A stretch of DNA of 64,000 nt from Eukaryota sp. TZLM1-RC (Eukaryota > Protista > Metamonada: BaSk clade): contig JAUPSS010000007.1 in NCBI GenBank assembly GCA_040285825.1, forward strand, positions 62,001-126,000. Reading direction: 5' to 3'. Shown here one piece after another: positions 34,782 through 47,286 of the stretch. Numbering within the stretch: the stretch's first letter is position 1; each line of letters begins with the position of its first letter. A model generated the notes under the pieces. The model saw only the letters and a list, made by a program, of their open reading frames with translations, searched no databases and was not told the DNA's origin. The translations under genes were made by a program, and so were the position numbers.

Positions 34782-35567
34782 CTAACCCGCAAAGAGTTGG
34801 GTAAAATACCAGGTTGAACCAAGTCTAAACACCCCAATAGCACAAAAGCTAAACCTTCCTAATAAATTCTTACAATGCCCTGGAGACTTAATCCATCCAT
34901 CGACGGCAACCTTTGCTGGCTCACTACAACCACTGTTATAAGCAACATTCTCAGCAGCTGAAGTGAATGAAAACCCAAATTGTGCTGTCCTTTGGTTGAA
35001 CCCTTGATGCCCAAACGGAACCTTCTTTTCAGCCATATTTTTAGAATGAACCACTCCCACAGTGTACATTGTCTGATGCCATTGTAATTCTGGCAAATTA
35101 CGAGACCTCCGGAATTGGTTAGTCAAAGTGAGGCATTCCTGACCCATTCTGAGCGGATCATTGACTGTATTCTCTATGGTGTGAATCCTACCTCTGTCCA
35201 CTCTTTCGATATGGCTGTCTGGAGGTGGAGCTGCTCTTGCTCTTGCTTCCAGCTTTGCTAATGTGTTTACCTCTCTTGGTTTCCGTGTCTGTCTCCATCG
35301 TTGATGTGCCACCTTTCTAATGTCAGCAAGAGAAGATCTCGGAGAAGGTTTAGTCTTCACTGTACCTCGTCTTGCTGTTCTTTGAGAGTGTAAATTGCGG
35401 AGAAGACTGTTAGAAGGATTGGAAGCAGGTGTAGGAGATTCGTTTAACCGTAGACATTCATCAATGATTTTGTTCTCTCCCTCAGATTTATAGGTATTCA
35501 CTATTTGTTGAATCTGTTGTTGAGACAGGTTTGGAAATGCTGTTGCTAGAAATGATATCGAATCCAT
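34782..35567 (-). CDS. CAP/SCP domain protein with possible N-terminal CUE-like domain
   Basis: LTNQFRRSRNLPELQW..HSKNMA..FGHQGF..AENVA..VDGWIKSPGHCKNLL..AIGV..YFTQLF; N-terminal FLATAFPNL. Confidence 0.88.
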   Translation of the reverse strand: MDSISFLATAFPNLSQQQIQQIVNTYKSEGENKIIDECLRLNESPTPASNPSNSLLRNLHSQRTARRGTVKTKPSPRSSLADIRKVAHQRWRQTRKPREVNTLAKLEARARAAPPPDSHIERVDRGRIHTIENTVNDPLRMGQECLTLTNQFRRSRNLPELQWHQTMYTVGVVHSKNMAEKKVPFGHQGFNQRTAQFGFSFTSAAENVAYNSGCSEPAKVAVDGWIKSPGHCKNLLGRFSFCAIGVFRLGSTWYFTQLFAG

Positions 35568-35704
35568 CAAGGTACACCACTAGCTAATGACAGAGGGACA
35601 CAACAGAGGAGTTGTCTTCAAAGTATGACGTATGGAAGATATACAGTATATGAGGATTATTAATATGTTAAAATGTTGGTCTCTTTTGTCTTTGAAAAAA
35701 TCAA

Positions 35705-36610
35705 TATAATAATATATGCAGCTCGGCTGTTTTAAATCAAGATCTTCACTCATTGTTATTGGAAAAGGGTGTTTGTGAAAACAAGTCGTCAGATTCTTCA
35801 CTTCTTGTAACTATTGTACCACGAAGATTTGGATTGTGTGCCACTAATGAAGCATTTGTAACAAAAATGAGATTATATTTGAACATCCCCATTAATCAAT
35901 TATTATCAAAAGAAAAATGTATTTGTTCGAATTCACCTCAACTCACTTTGCGCCACGCTCTGAATTGCTCTAAATTGATAACTTATCGTTCTTCATTACA
36001 TGATGCTGTTAGAGACACTGTTTTCAATATAGCACAAACTGCAAGGATATCGTGTATCAAAGAGCCCCTGCTGAAGGAAACACTTTCTCTGAATAATTTT
36101 GGTTCTGATGATACAGGTGATGTATACTGTGATTGGATTGATAATTCTGAAGCTATTGCTGACTTTGTCTCATGTAATGTTGCAAATGATACTTTGGTTC
36201 ACAGAAGAAAACTTAATCCTGTGGCTGCTCTGGATTTTAAAGCAAAAGAGAAACATAGAAAATATGATGAAGATATTGAAGAGGCTAATGTCGATAGAAA
36301 TACACAGCTGGTTTTTATTGCTTTCCCATTTTCGATAAATGGAAGATTATCAGTAGAAGCAGGAACTTTTTTGAATGATTTCCAAAAAATGGTTCAAGAA
36401 AAAACAATGAAAAGATTTGATATTTTTTTATGGCGTTCACGGATTCAATTTGCCTTTATTAATAGATTACCTCGGTTTTTCAATCGAATTAGAGAAGCTT
36501 TAGCTAGACAGCAAGCAGATCAAGATTTTATAGAGGATATCTTGGTTCAATGATAGTCATCCCATTAGTTATGAGTTAATTTAATTAAGTGTGCAAATTC
36601 AATAAATACA
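35705..36610 (+). mobile_element. Family 1 retroelement, 5'-truncated, with open RLE domain
   Basis: 266-aa ORF 35753-36553 followed by the conserved 3' UTR. Confidence 0.92.
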
Positions 36611-36699
36611 TTTTATGTTAAAAAAATCAAACTTATTTCTGCTAAGTTTCTTCTTGCACCACGCTGCAGGTTTCCACACATAATTGAGGAATATTCAGG

Positions 36700-37124
36700 C
36701 TATTCCTCAAGTTCAAAAACATCAGGTAATTTTGTTTCAATCAGATACTCTTGCAAGCTCTGAGCGGAATAAGTATTACGAGTTGCTTGAGTGAGAGGAG
36801 GAGGGTGATTTGATTTTCGTTCTGTTTTTAGCAGGAGGCCAGAACCCTCAAGTACATTTGCAGAATTTCGAAAAGAACCAACAGTCCAACCACAATAATT
36901 GCTGAGGTTGTGATCAATTGCTACAAAAAACAAATTCTCATCAGGATCTCTGTAATTGGGCTGTTCATCCATTGGTAACCGTGGTCTTTGCTGTGGATTA
37001 GCCTTTCTATGGACATTACATTTACTTTCCCTTTCAATAAATCATAATTTCCAGAGACACGTCTCGACTTAAATTCCGCTTCAGTCGGGCGATTATGTGT
37101 TTGCCTTGCCTTCTGGGTCAGCAT
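36700..37124 (-). CDS. Small hypothetical gene with one predicted intron (36991-37025)
   Basis: A GTAAAT..GCTAATCCACAG intron joins ORFs 36921-37124 and 36700-36972 in frame. No family recognised. Confidence 0.45.
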
Positions 37125-37569
37125 GAACCGCCAAGAATCACCATTTAAAAAAACGGTATAGTTAATAAATTTGAATTTATTAAAAAACCGATAAGGGTTG
37201 TCCAGCAGCTTTTTGGTTTCATTTAGCTTTGTGAATTTTTTTAAAAATCATTGATTTGTCAAAAAACTTATAAATCAACATCTAACTAATCCATCTCTCC
37301 CAGAACAAAACAACTAAATGCAACTTTCTCTAAGTAAATCCAAGAGAAAGCAAAGCATCAGAAATCATTTTCAACATCCCTTTAAAAACAGAAAACACAA
37401 TTCTATTTTGCCAACACAATCTGTTGAAAGTTCTGTTGGTTCTTTTTTAGTCAATTCAGAATCTGCCAAAAAATGTAAAACCAAATGAGCAAGTCAGGAT
37501 TTCTAACATTGATGACAAGAAACATATCATCAATTTCGTTCAATTAATCCTTTTATCTTTAGCATTATG

Positions 37570-38340
37570 GTCCCAAGTTTTAATGAAAAACATGCTCAAT
37601 GTATGTCTCAACCGATAGGGTGTAAAATGTCCCAATCTACTAATCATGCTCATCAAGGTCCACATTATGGCGGTTCAGGCTGGACTAAACCCTCGACTTT
37701 TACTTTATGTGCTTTTATTGGATGTCAACATGTCATTTTCAAATTTTCGGAAAGATTTGTAGATTGGAAAGAAAATATCACTGGCAACCCAAAGTTCAAC
37801 TATTTGAATGAAGAAATTTCAAAAATTGATACTGAAAGACGGAACCGATGCTTTCTCCAATCTTCATCAGTTTGGAGTAAAAATAATTGATGGTACTTCT
37901 TTTGCTGCTCTTGCCTCTGACACTTTCTTCCATTCAGAAAACATTGATTGTATCTTTTATATTGATTTCAAAAATGCTTATTATTCTGTCATATTACGAA
38001 AAGCATTGTTTGATGTAAAACAGCAAATGCGAGCAATTGCATCCTGATCGGATCATCTGCTCAAGCCCTTGTGATTAATGTATCTGCTGTTTCCTTTACT
38101 AATCATAGTAGTGATGCTTTCAAATTTTTTGGTTGCTGGTTAGGAAGTGTGCCGCAAATTCTTAATGCACTACTAAAAGATTTGGAAAAAACGAAAATTA
38201 ATCTTCATTCAATTTTTCTGTGGATTCAGAAAAACATTTTAAATTTTGATGCTAGAAAATCGTTATGCTGGGTGAATAATTCACATTTTGAGATTGTTTG
38301 CTCCTTCCACAGCATTAGATTATAAGCTCCTAACATTGTG
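37570..38340 (+). mobile_element. Scrambled old retroelement RT fragments
   Basis: HAHQGPHYGGSGWTK, HQFGVKIIDGT..IDFKNAY, FKFFGCWLG. Confidence 0.7.
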
Positions 38341-39054
38341 GCAAAAATATTGTTCAAACCTTTGCGATATCCAGACACACATCATATTAACACTGACAAA
38401 CACTTTCCTTGCACGGTCTTTCTGAAATGATGAATAAATTATTTTTGTGGATTGATATTGATATTCTTTGGTTTAGAACTAAAATCCCAAAAAAAGACAA
38501 TGTTTCAATTAGAAATTAACCATAATTAATTTGAATCACGCGTGATATGAAATAAGTAAACTTTTGTTTTGTTTTATTTTCAATTACTTTCAATCGTTTT
38601 TGGTTCAGATTTTGAAGAGATGATGTTTTGTTTGAAATACAATCTGAATTTCTGAATCAACTTTAATGTCACTTCTCAATCATTTGGCTGTACATGATTT
38701 CGTTATAGACGTAACTGAGGCTGCTTTTGTCCGCACAATAATGGTGAAAATTAATGTGGTTTCTCTGGAGGACATAATAGTATACTACCAATAACAAAGG
38801 CTTCGTTGAACAAAACAACTGCCTTGTTGATCTTTTCTTGAACAAGGTTTGTATTGACGTATCAGATAACGAATCAAAAGCATCAAATACATAAACAAAG
38901 CTCAACATCCGCAAAACCTGCTTCTCCTACATCGAATTAGTTAATTACTAAAGATTCAGAAAATTTACCAAAAGATGAAAGTGTTCAGAGTCAGACATGG
39001 GAAGAAAAAATGCCCGTAAAAACTTCCCTGATAGTGAACACAAATGTTAAACTT

Positions 39055-39126
39055 CACGTGCGATGGGACTCGAACCCACAATCCTTTGCTTAGGAAACAA
39101 AAGCCTTTCCATTAGGCCACGCACGT
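39055..39126 (-). tRNA. tRNA-Arg(CCT)
   Basis: 72 nt. Acceptor stem ACGTGCG/CGCACGT, D arm GCC..GGC, anticodon loop TT-CCT-AA, T loop GGTTCGAGTCC. Confidence 0.93.
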
Positions 39127-40119
39127 CCTTGGTGAAATTATTCCTATCGTGCATAAACAACAATTTTGATAGCCATTGACAACATTGAGAATTTCCTTAC
39201 AAAGGTTAGAAGCATTACTGTTTTGCCTCAGTTTATATAAAATGTAGTATTATATAATTGTGTTATATAATTGTTATTCTAACGCTATCTTTTATCACAA
39301 ACTAGATTATTTTTCAAGAAGAAAAGCACTTATGACAAAGCCACCAAGTTTTTGCAACGAACGAATTTCTTTTCACCGGAATTATGTTCAAAATCATCAT
39401 ATTTTCAGTTATGAATCCATCAATTGCATCAACATTTTGTGCCGAATACCACCTTGGTCAACACCCTGCTTTGTTTTTGTTGGATGATCCGTAACTACGT
39501 GTTGCCTTGCGAAATTGGGTTTTGTGTTCAATATTTCTACATTCTTCCCATTTTGAATCAACAACTCCTCGAGGGAAGGAACTACAGCAAAATCCGATTG
39601 AATGTAACCTTTACAAGGCGTTGTCATAATTTGAGGTACTTCAAAGCACTTGAGGTGGTTGATTGAAGTCATTCAAAAAATTGAAACCAAATATTTGACA
39701 ATTCACATTCCAATCAATATTGTCTGTTGGAGCACTCGAATAGAACTGAGGGACTGAATTTAGCAGTGTTCTACCTTAGTGGTCTCGTGTGTCCTACTAT
39801 GTATATGCCCTGACTCTTCAACATTCAACACGAACTGTTCCTTACACTGAGCCTTGTTTTCGTTTCAAGATGGAAAACACCTCACACTTTTCACGAATTT
39901 TCTCAGCATAACCTCCATTGGTTTCGTGTTCGAATAACTGAAATTGAAAAAATCTGAAGCTCTCTTTATTCAACAGCAGGTTAGCTAAAGCCTAATTATA
40001 TTCATTTCTATAAAGAAGTACATATTCCATTTTATTATTCAATTATCAGTGCAGTAATAATGAACGAATTACAGATACAACTAATGTATTACCTAAAGAA
40101 AGAACAACAAAGGCTGTAA

Positions 40120-40430
40120 TTAAAGCTTAATGAACAAAAACCATTTGCTGAAGTTCGTAAACGAGACAAATATACAGAGATGTTAAATGATTTAAATAAG
40201 AACCTTGACTCGAAGTTTTCGTTTGTTCCTTTTGCTTCCTCCATTTTTGCCAACATTGGACAATCTGCCTTGATTTTTCTCAATGATTTTTATAATTTAT
40301 GTCGTTCATGTGAAAAATTTTTCAATGAATTTTTGGAAGAATCGTATCATTTTTGTTTTGTGCAGAAGTGTTCCCAAATACTTAAACTTAATGATGTCCA
40401 AGCTGTATAAGGATTCATCAAGAGTTGACA
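40120..40430 (+). mobile_element. RLE domain fragment of a non-family-1 retroelement
   Basis: AEVRKRDKY..FSFVPFASSIFANIG..FLNDF../FWKNRIIF. Confidence 0.7.
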
Positions 40431-40621
40431 TGGAGAATTTTGTTTCTTATGTGTTGTAGTTTGCTTTGTTTTGTTTCTTCGTAGAAAAAAAGAAATAGAA
40501 TTTAATAAAACCATTTTCATTTATTTAAAATAAAATTTAAGTTATATAATTTAAGTTATATAAAAATTGTGAGCATGTTGCCACGTCACAACACATCACA
40601 CTGTCCCACCTTTGAAACAAA

Positions 40622-41545
40622 TTACACCATCCCAGGCAAAGTTTCCATCTTGATCTGTCCATTTATCGTAGATGGTGTAAGCATAGGAGAAAGCCTTGGA
40701 GAATGTGGTTCAACTCGACCTGGAGTGAAAGCACTGAGGTCGGCCGACGTATTCCAACCATCCTCCACATCCTCGTCAACCGTTTCTCCCGGTAAACTGC
40801 CCACTTTTCTAATGGGGATATCGATGTTCAACCGTGGAGGTTTTGGATTGGGTTTGGGTTTACGAACAAGACATATAGGAATACACCATTGTTTTTTGTC
40901 ATACAAATGTCTGTTTTTTAGGTAATTATAAGTTGTGGTGTGAAGAGAAATTAATTTTAAATGAAATAAGAATAAAGGAAAAAGCAATATTAAAATCGCA
41001 ATAATGAGAATAAAGTTGAGGAAAAGTAAAAGAATGATGAAAATACCCAAAGTTAAACTATCAAAAAACAAATCAAATAAAACAAGAAAAATAAAGATGG
41101 CTAAAATTGCACACAAAGACAATGTTGACGATAATAACACCATAAAGGCGGAATAATTTCTAGTTTTGGCGGAGTCTGAGCCCTTGGATACACAGTTATT
41201 GATCCATATGCAGTGATGATCAAATACATCAACACATTTATTGCACACTCTGCAATGCTTGGAAGTTTTCAAAACATTCCTTTTACAAATGTTGCAAAAG
41301 AGTGTGTTGCCAAGGGAGAATGTCTCCGTCGTATCGGCGGGATTAACCAGCGATGTCTTGACGAAGGATGTGATGGTAATGGTTATATTAATGAGAAGAA
41401 TGAATGCAGAAGTCCATGAAAGTACAGGGGAAAGGATTGGAAGAACCAAGAAGAAGTAAGACGTGATGAGAAAGAAGAAGACTACAAAAGCGCCAAGCTG
41501 AGCAGAACCAAATGGACGATGCAATCCATGACGTCTTGATGGCAT
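40622..41545 (-). CDS. DHHC palmitoyltransferase (zDHHC1/11-like)
   Basis: RRHG..P..Q N-terminus; FCNICKRNVLKTSKHCRVCNKCVDVFDHHCIWINNCV; TM helices; TTYNY. Confidence 0.93.
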   Translation of the reverse strand: MPSRRHGLHRPFGSAQLGAFVVFFFLITSYFFLVLPILSPVLSWTSAFILLINITITITSFVKTSLVNPADTTETFSLGNTLFCNICKRNVLKTSKHCRVCNKCVDVFDHHCIWINNCVSKGSDSAKTRNYSAFMVLLSSTLSLCAILAIFIFLVLFDLFFDSLTLGIFIILLLFLNFILIIAILILLFPLFLFHLKLISLHTTTYNYLKNRHLYDKKQWCIPICLVRKPKPNPKPPRLNIDIPIRKVGSLPGETVDEDVEDGWNTSADLSAFTPGRVEPHSPRLSPMLTPSTINGQIKMETLPGMV

Positions 41546-41930
41546 GGGGTTGGTGGCATCAAACAAGAGGGTAGGGGCTCTCTATCAATTGATTTGTTGG
41601 GAAAAATATAAATGGGTTCTGTTGAATTGGATCATCTTGAATAGAAGGGTTTTACAGCAAATGTTGAAACATGTTTCATCAAGTTAAACCAAACCCAATC
41701 ATAAACATTGCTACTGTCATACCATATATTTTCGTTTACAACAGAGATCAAGCCACAATAAAATTTGTCTGAGAACCAAGGGCACAATATGTTAAACAAT
41801 GAGTCAAATAGGCTGATTAATCACAAACAAATCTTTCCCAGTTAATGAAGAGTTGGGTAGTTTCAATTCATTTTCTTTAGAGAAATGATTGGGAAATCAA
41901 TATACTCTTCAACAACCAAACACCACTCCA

Positions 41931-43256
41931 ATGGCACATTCTTCAAAACTTTCCATCACAGACTTTGAGCTACTTGAGACTATTGGTGAGGGCAGCTATG
42001 GTAAGGTCTTTAAAGCTTTATCTAAAACCGGTCAACTCTGTGCAATCAAGAAAATACGGCTTGATAGCGCCAACAAGGGTGATGTATCCACTCTTCTCAA
42101 AGAAGTCGAACTTCTCTCATCATGTGAGGGAGACTTTGTCCTTAGCTATATTGGAGCCTTCATGGATGACGATTTTCTCTACATTGTTCTTGAATACTGT
42201 CCATATGGTAGCTTCTCTGACCTTATATCTGGGGCCGGTCCCCTGTCCGAAGACCAGATCCGAGTCGTGCTCAAAGGGGTCCTCCATGCACTCGCTCTCC
42301 TTCATGAACGTCGCATCTGCCATAGAGACATTAAAGCTGCCAACATTCTGCTCTCCAATGATTTCCGTCCCCGTCTTGCTGACTTTGGTGTGGCAGCTCA
42401 ACTACAACACACTCTAAGCAAACGTAATACAATAGTAGGCTCCCCTTTCTGGATGGACCCCGTAGTAATTAAAGGAAAGCCTTACTCTTATCATTGTGAT
42501 ATTTGGTCACTTGGTATTACTGCCATTGAACTTGCTGAAGGACATCCACCCTATAGTAAGGAATTTAAACATCCCATGGGTGCATTATTAGCAATTCCAA
42601 ATAGACCACCTCCACAGCTTAAAAATAAGGAACGCTGGTCAACTGAATTCCACTCATTTTTGACCTACTGCCTTCAATCAGACCCTGCACAACGTAAAAG
42701 TGCCACCGAATTGCTTGAATGTGATTTTATTAAGAAGCAACCTAATCAGGCCAGCAATTTACTATTAGAATTAGTTGATGCGGCAAAGCTGGCCACACAA
42801 TATGGTTCCACATTTGAACTATCGTCAACCCAGTCAACAGTGGTCAAGGAAGAGTCTTGTAATTTCAATGATGATTTTGATCCTTCCACCTATGGAACGG
42901 CAAGGTGGACAGGTGACACTATTGGCGGGACCACTGATTTTGACTTTGAAACAGTGCGGTTATCTACACAAGGAGGTCAATTAAAGCTAAATGATCAAAG
43001 TACTCCTTTGTTTGTAAAGAAAATAAGAGAAGAGCAAGAAGGAAAAGAGCGAAGTAGTAAGTTGGAAAAGAAAAAAGAAGAAATTTATAAAATGAATAGT
43101 AACGAAGTTGAATCACATAAGAAAGATCTAATAAGACAAAGAGATTTACTCGAGTTGGAACTTGCTGAGCTAAATGAATTGATTGATTTATGTAATACTC
43201 AAGATAATGATGTCAATGGAACAGCTGTTTTTATTCCAAATAAAATAGTTGATTAG
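41931..43256 (+). CDS. STE20-family Ser/Thr kinase, MST/Krs-like, with C-terminal coiled coil
   Basis: GEGSYGKV, AIK, HRDIKAANILL, ADFGVAAQL, KRNTIVGSPFWMDP, LAEGHPP. Confidence 0.93.
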   Translation: MAHSSKLSITDFELLETIGEGSYGKVFKALSKTGQLCAIKKIRLDSANKGDVSTLLKEVELLSSCEGDFVLSYIGAFMDDDFLYIVLEYCPYGSFSDLISGAGPLSEDQIRVVLKGVLHALALLHERRICHRDIKAANILLSNDFRPRLADFGVAAQLQHTLSKRNTIVGSPFWMDPVVIKGKPYSYHCDIWSLGITAIELAEGHPPYSKEFKHPMGALLAIPNRPPPQLKNKERWSTEFHSFLTYCLQSDPAQRKSATELLECDFIKKQPNQASNLLLELVDAAKLATQYGSTFELSSTQSTVVKEESCNFNDDFDPSTYGTARWTGDTIGGTTDFDFETVRLSTQGGQLKLNDQSTPLFVKKIREEQEGKERSSKLEKKKEEIYKMNSNEVESHKKDLIRQRDLLELELAELNELIDLCNTQDNDVNGTAVFIPNKIVD

Positions 43257-43611
43257 TAGTTATTGGTGGTGTAAATAATAGTAATAAAATTTAATCTTTT
43301 GATTTTGTTGTTGTTGGGCTGGATGAAATTGAGTTATTGATTGTTGAAAGATGGATTTAATCAAACACTTCAATTCCAACTTTACACTCTTTTTCATTTT
43401 GAAATTCCAGAATACTCCGCAAAATCAACAATGATTACTTCCAGTAGCAGAGACTTTTGGATGAAAACCAAGATGATATTTTAAAGTGGTGAAACACTTT
43501 TTGATAACATAATTGCTGCTGACGTTAGCAGATTGGTTCCAGAAAGTAAACCATAAATTAATCACTTTTTGGCTCCTTTGCTGAAATTTCATTTGAATTT
43601 GCTTCAACAAT

Positions 43612-45498
43612 ATATTTTCAATCAACATATTGCACGTATTCTAATTTACATTTTGGTAACAACATTTTGAGTTCATCAAGTGGCGTAAAGCAAGGAGATC
43701 CGTTAGGACCTCTTTTGTTTTGTTTGGCCATTCATCCTATTCTACTGCAAATTCAAGAGATGTTTCCTTCACTAAAAATGATTGCATATATGGATGATGT
43801 TGTGCTTATTGGTGATTTAAATATTGTGAAAAAAGCAACTGTATGTTTTAAAGAATTATTTACCAAAATTGGTCTCCGACTTAATTTACATAAATGTGTT
43901 TTGTTATCGAATTCTCCAGTTTCCACAATAATTGATGATATTGAAATTCAAGCCAAATTATATTCAATTGATGCTATTCGTCATTTGGGTTCGTTTTTAG
44001 GAAATAATGATGAAATTACCAAACAATTGTTTGAAAAGTTGAAGTCAATTTCCACCAAAAATGACCGAATGATGAATTTAGATATAAAAAAACACATCAA
44101 ATTTACCATTATAAGACTGTGTTTTAGTTCCAATTTTAATAATAAATTTCGTTCTACAAATCCTCTCGTCACTAGACCTTTGGCTCAAAAGTTTAATGAG
44201 TTACGTGCAAAAGTTCTGTCTCAATTACTGGGATGTAAAATGTTTCATATTCCAGATCATGCTTACCTTAGTCCACATTATGGTGGTTTAGGGTGGACGA
44301 AGGCTTCTATTCTTACCTCGTGTGCTTTTGTTGGTGGATGCAGAAATGCAATCTTTGAGTTTTCCGAAAGATTTGCAGATTGGGAAGATTTATTGATGAC
44401 AAAGCAAAGTTCCACTGTTTTTGCATTAAATGAAGAAATTTCAAGAATTGATGTAGAAAAATGGGGTCGATGTTTTCCCCAATCATTCAATGGCAATATT
44501 CCAGAAAAAAATGTTTTAAATTTGAAGTACACTCTTCGAACATTACAGAAAAAGATTGACTGGAATGTATGAAAAGATCTTTATAATAATATTTGCAGCT
44601 CGGCTGTTTTAAATCAAGATCTTCACTCATTGTTATTGGAAAAGGGTGTTTGTGAAAACAAGTCGTCAGATTCTTCACTTTTTGTAACCATTGTACCACG
44701 AAGATTTGGATTGTGTGCCACTAATGAAGCATTTGTAACAAAAATGAGATTATATTTGAACATCCCCATTAACCAATTATTATCAAAAGAAAAATGTATT
44801 TGTTCGAATTCACCTCAACTCACTTTGCGCCATGCTCTAAATTGCTCTAAATTGATAACTTATCGTTCTTCATTACATGATGCTGTTAGAGACACTGTTT
44901 TCAATATGGCACAAACTGCAAGGATATCGTGTATCAAAGAGCCCCTGCTGAAGGAAACACTTTCTCTGAATAATTTTGGTTCTGAAGATAGAGGTGATGT
45001 ATACTGTGATTGGATTGATAATTCTGAAGCTATTGTTGACTTTGTCTCATGTAATGTTGCAAACGATACTTTGGTTCACAGAAGAAAACTTAATCCTGTG
45101 GCTGCTCTGGATTTTAAAGCAAAAGAAAAACATAGAAAATATGATAAAGAAATTGAAGATGCAAATGTCGATAGAAATACACAGCTGGTTTTTATTGCTT
45201 TCCCATTTTCGATAAATGGAAGATTATCAGTTGAAGCAGAAACTTTTTTGGATGACTTCCAAAAAAATGGTGAAAGAAAAAACAATGAAAAGATTTGATA
45301 TTTTTTTTATGGCATTCACGGATTCAATTTGCCATTATTAATAGATTACCGCGGTTTTTCAATCGAATTAGAGAAGCTTTAGCTAGACAGCAAGCAAATC
45401 AAGATTTTGTAGAGGAAATCTTGGTTTAATGATAGTCGTCCCATTAGTTATGATTTAATTTAATCAAGTGTACAAATTCAATAAATATAAATTTATTT
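43612..45498 (+). mobile_element. Family 1 retroelement, truncated within RT
   Basis: GVKQGDPLGPLLF, YMDD and RLE motifs; two frameshifts in A-runs. Confidence 0.92.
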
Positions 45499-46557
45499 AT
45501 AAATTGCACAGAAATTCCGAAAAAACATAAAATATTCTTACCACAAAACTCTCTTGTCCCTTTTTGAAATGTATTTGAAAAGTCTTTAACTTCAGCTGAT
45601 CATTCATTGCAAGGCTCCATTGGTGTGTTTTGGCTACAATTTCACATGTTATAAATATGAAAATGTTCCAGCAAGGTATTCTCAACAATTCCAAAGACGA
45701 CAATACAAGAGTGAATAGGTTGCTTTTTTGATCGTGAATATTCCCTTGCTAATTGTTTTGTCCAACATTAAAACCAGCAAATTATTTTGATTGTGGAATT
45801 GTCAATGGTTTTTATTGAGGTAGTATCTAAGTATTTTGTCGAATTGCTTTTAAACCAGCAAATACGATCATGTCGTAAATGCAGAGATATTTGATTACAT
45901 TTAAACAGCACCATTATTAGCACAAAGCCCAAACTTTCGTGGCACAATAGTGACAAATATCAGTTTAAGGTCAATTTAAACCACCATATTGTCGACTAGC
46001 ATAAGCATGGTTAGAGTCCACACCCAATCAACTGAACTTTCAAACATTAGCACTTAACTCATTAACCTTCAAGTTTCGTCATGAAAGCATTTGTGGATTT
46101 AAATAGACTATCAAAGTGAAACAGCCTCTTATCATGGTAAAGTTGCTCTGTTTCTGTACATCCAATTCGTAGAATTGTTCAACTGTTTCAGAAATTATAA
46201 TCAATCTTTCAAATAATATATTGGAAATTTCATCAATTTTGCCTAAAATAGAATCTGGGTTGCCAATTGTATCAGCTGAAAGTTACTTGAACTGAATTTC
46301 AATTCTATCAAAAACGTAAAGAAAAAGTAAATTGCCATTTAAAACATTGTTACATGGTTTGTGACCAATCTGTACTTCGGCGGAAAAACAGTGATTTGTG
46401 AGCACAATTTGTCTTTCAAAGAAAACATCTCCTCGACACAATATTGGAAATAATTTCAATTAATTTATAATAAATTTGCAGATACAAAGTCTCCTTGAAA
46501 AAAATTGAATAAATTCTATAAATATTTATTTAATTCTCCTGATTCTAAAAAAATTGA

Positions 46558-47286
46558 TTACTTATAATCTACAATTGAGTATTCACTACCCTTACGAGTC
46601 CATATACCAAATACAGTACCAGAAGGAATTGTTTTGGTATCGCTGTAGTCATTGAGTTTGAAACATGCTCTTCCACCTTCTATATTGACATACAAAATGT
46701 CTCCTGTTTTCATTGGAGGAAGAAGGAATTCTTGCCGATCAGATGTACCATAACAAATACCACCACGATGGTTGGCAATCTTAATCCTGTGTGATTCCCA
46801 AAACCCAATGAATTCACTGAGAAAATGGTCATCTACATGAGTTCTTTGGAGGGCAATTTGGAATTCCTCAGGGTTGAAATTAATGACCGCAAAGTTACAC
46901 TGCTCAAATTCACTACAGCAAATATTCATCGTCCTTCTATTATCATCAGAAAAAATCATGCCAGAACCACTTCTATGAGTATTGAAGGTTTTGGGTTTTT
47001 GGATTGGTTGATGTGGCGAGACATTAACTGAGTACAAATTTCGGTAACTTTCTCTGCTCAATCTCTTTCTTGAAACTGGTTGAGAAAAACGAGAGGAAGA
47101 GACAGAGCTTTTCTGTGAAACGGAGACGAGGTTGTGGGATTTCAAAAGCATGCTGAAGTGGCTCCGAGAGGCACAGGCTTCACAGAAAGAAAACTTACAG
47201 TCAGAGCAAAAGAGAGATATGGGACCTGCTTCACAATGTGCACATGGTTCTGTTTCAGGTTTAGCTTTGCCGAACAAGTATTTCAT
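46558..47286 (-). CDS. B-box + SPRY-like protein (mirror copy)
   Basis: Protein identical to 28338-29066. Confidence 0.7.
   Translation of the reverse strand: MKYLFGKAKPETEPCAHCEAGPISLFCSDCKFSFCEACASRSHFSMLLKSHNLVSVSQKSSVSSSRFSQPVSRKRLSRESYRNLYSVNVSPHQPIQKPKTFNTHRSGSGMIFSDDNRRTMNICCSEFEQCNFAVINFNPEEFQIALQRTHVDDHFLSEFIGFWESHRIKIANHRGGICYGTSDRQEFLLPPMKTGDILYVNIEGGRACFKLNDYSDTKTIPSGTVFGIWTRKGSEYSIVDYK

Noticed and set aside
34766-34788. AACCAAACCCAAACCCTAACCC as a telomeric tract
   Set aside because: Only one true unit, overlapping the CAP stop codon and a GT-rich 3' UTR.
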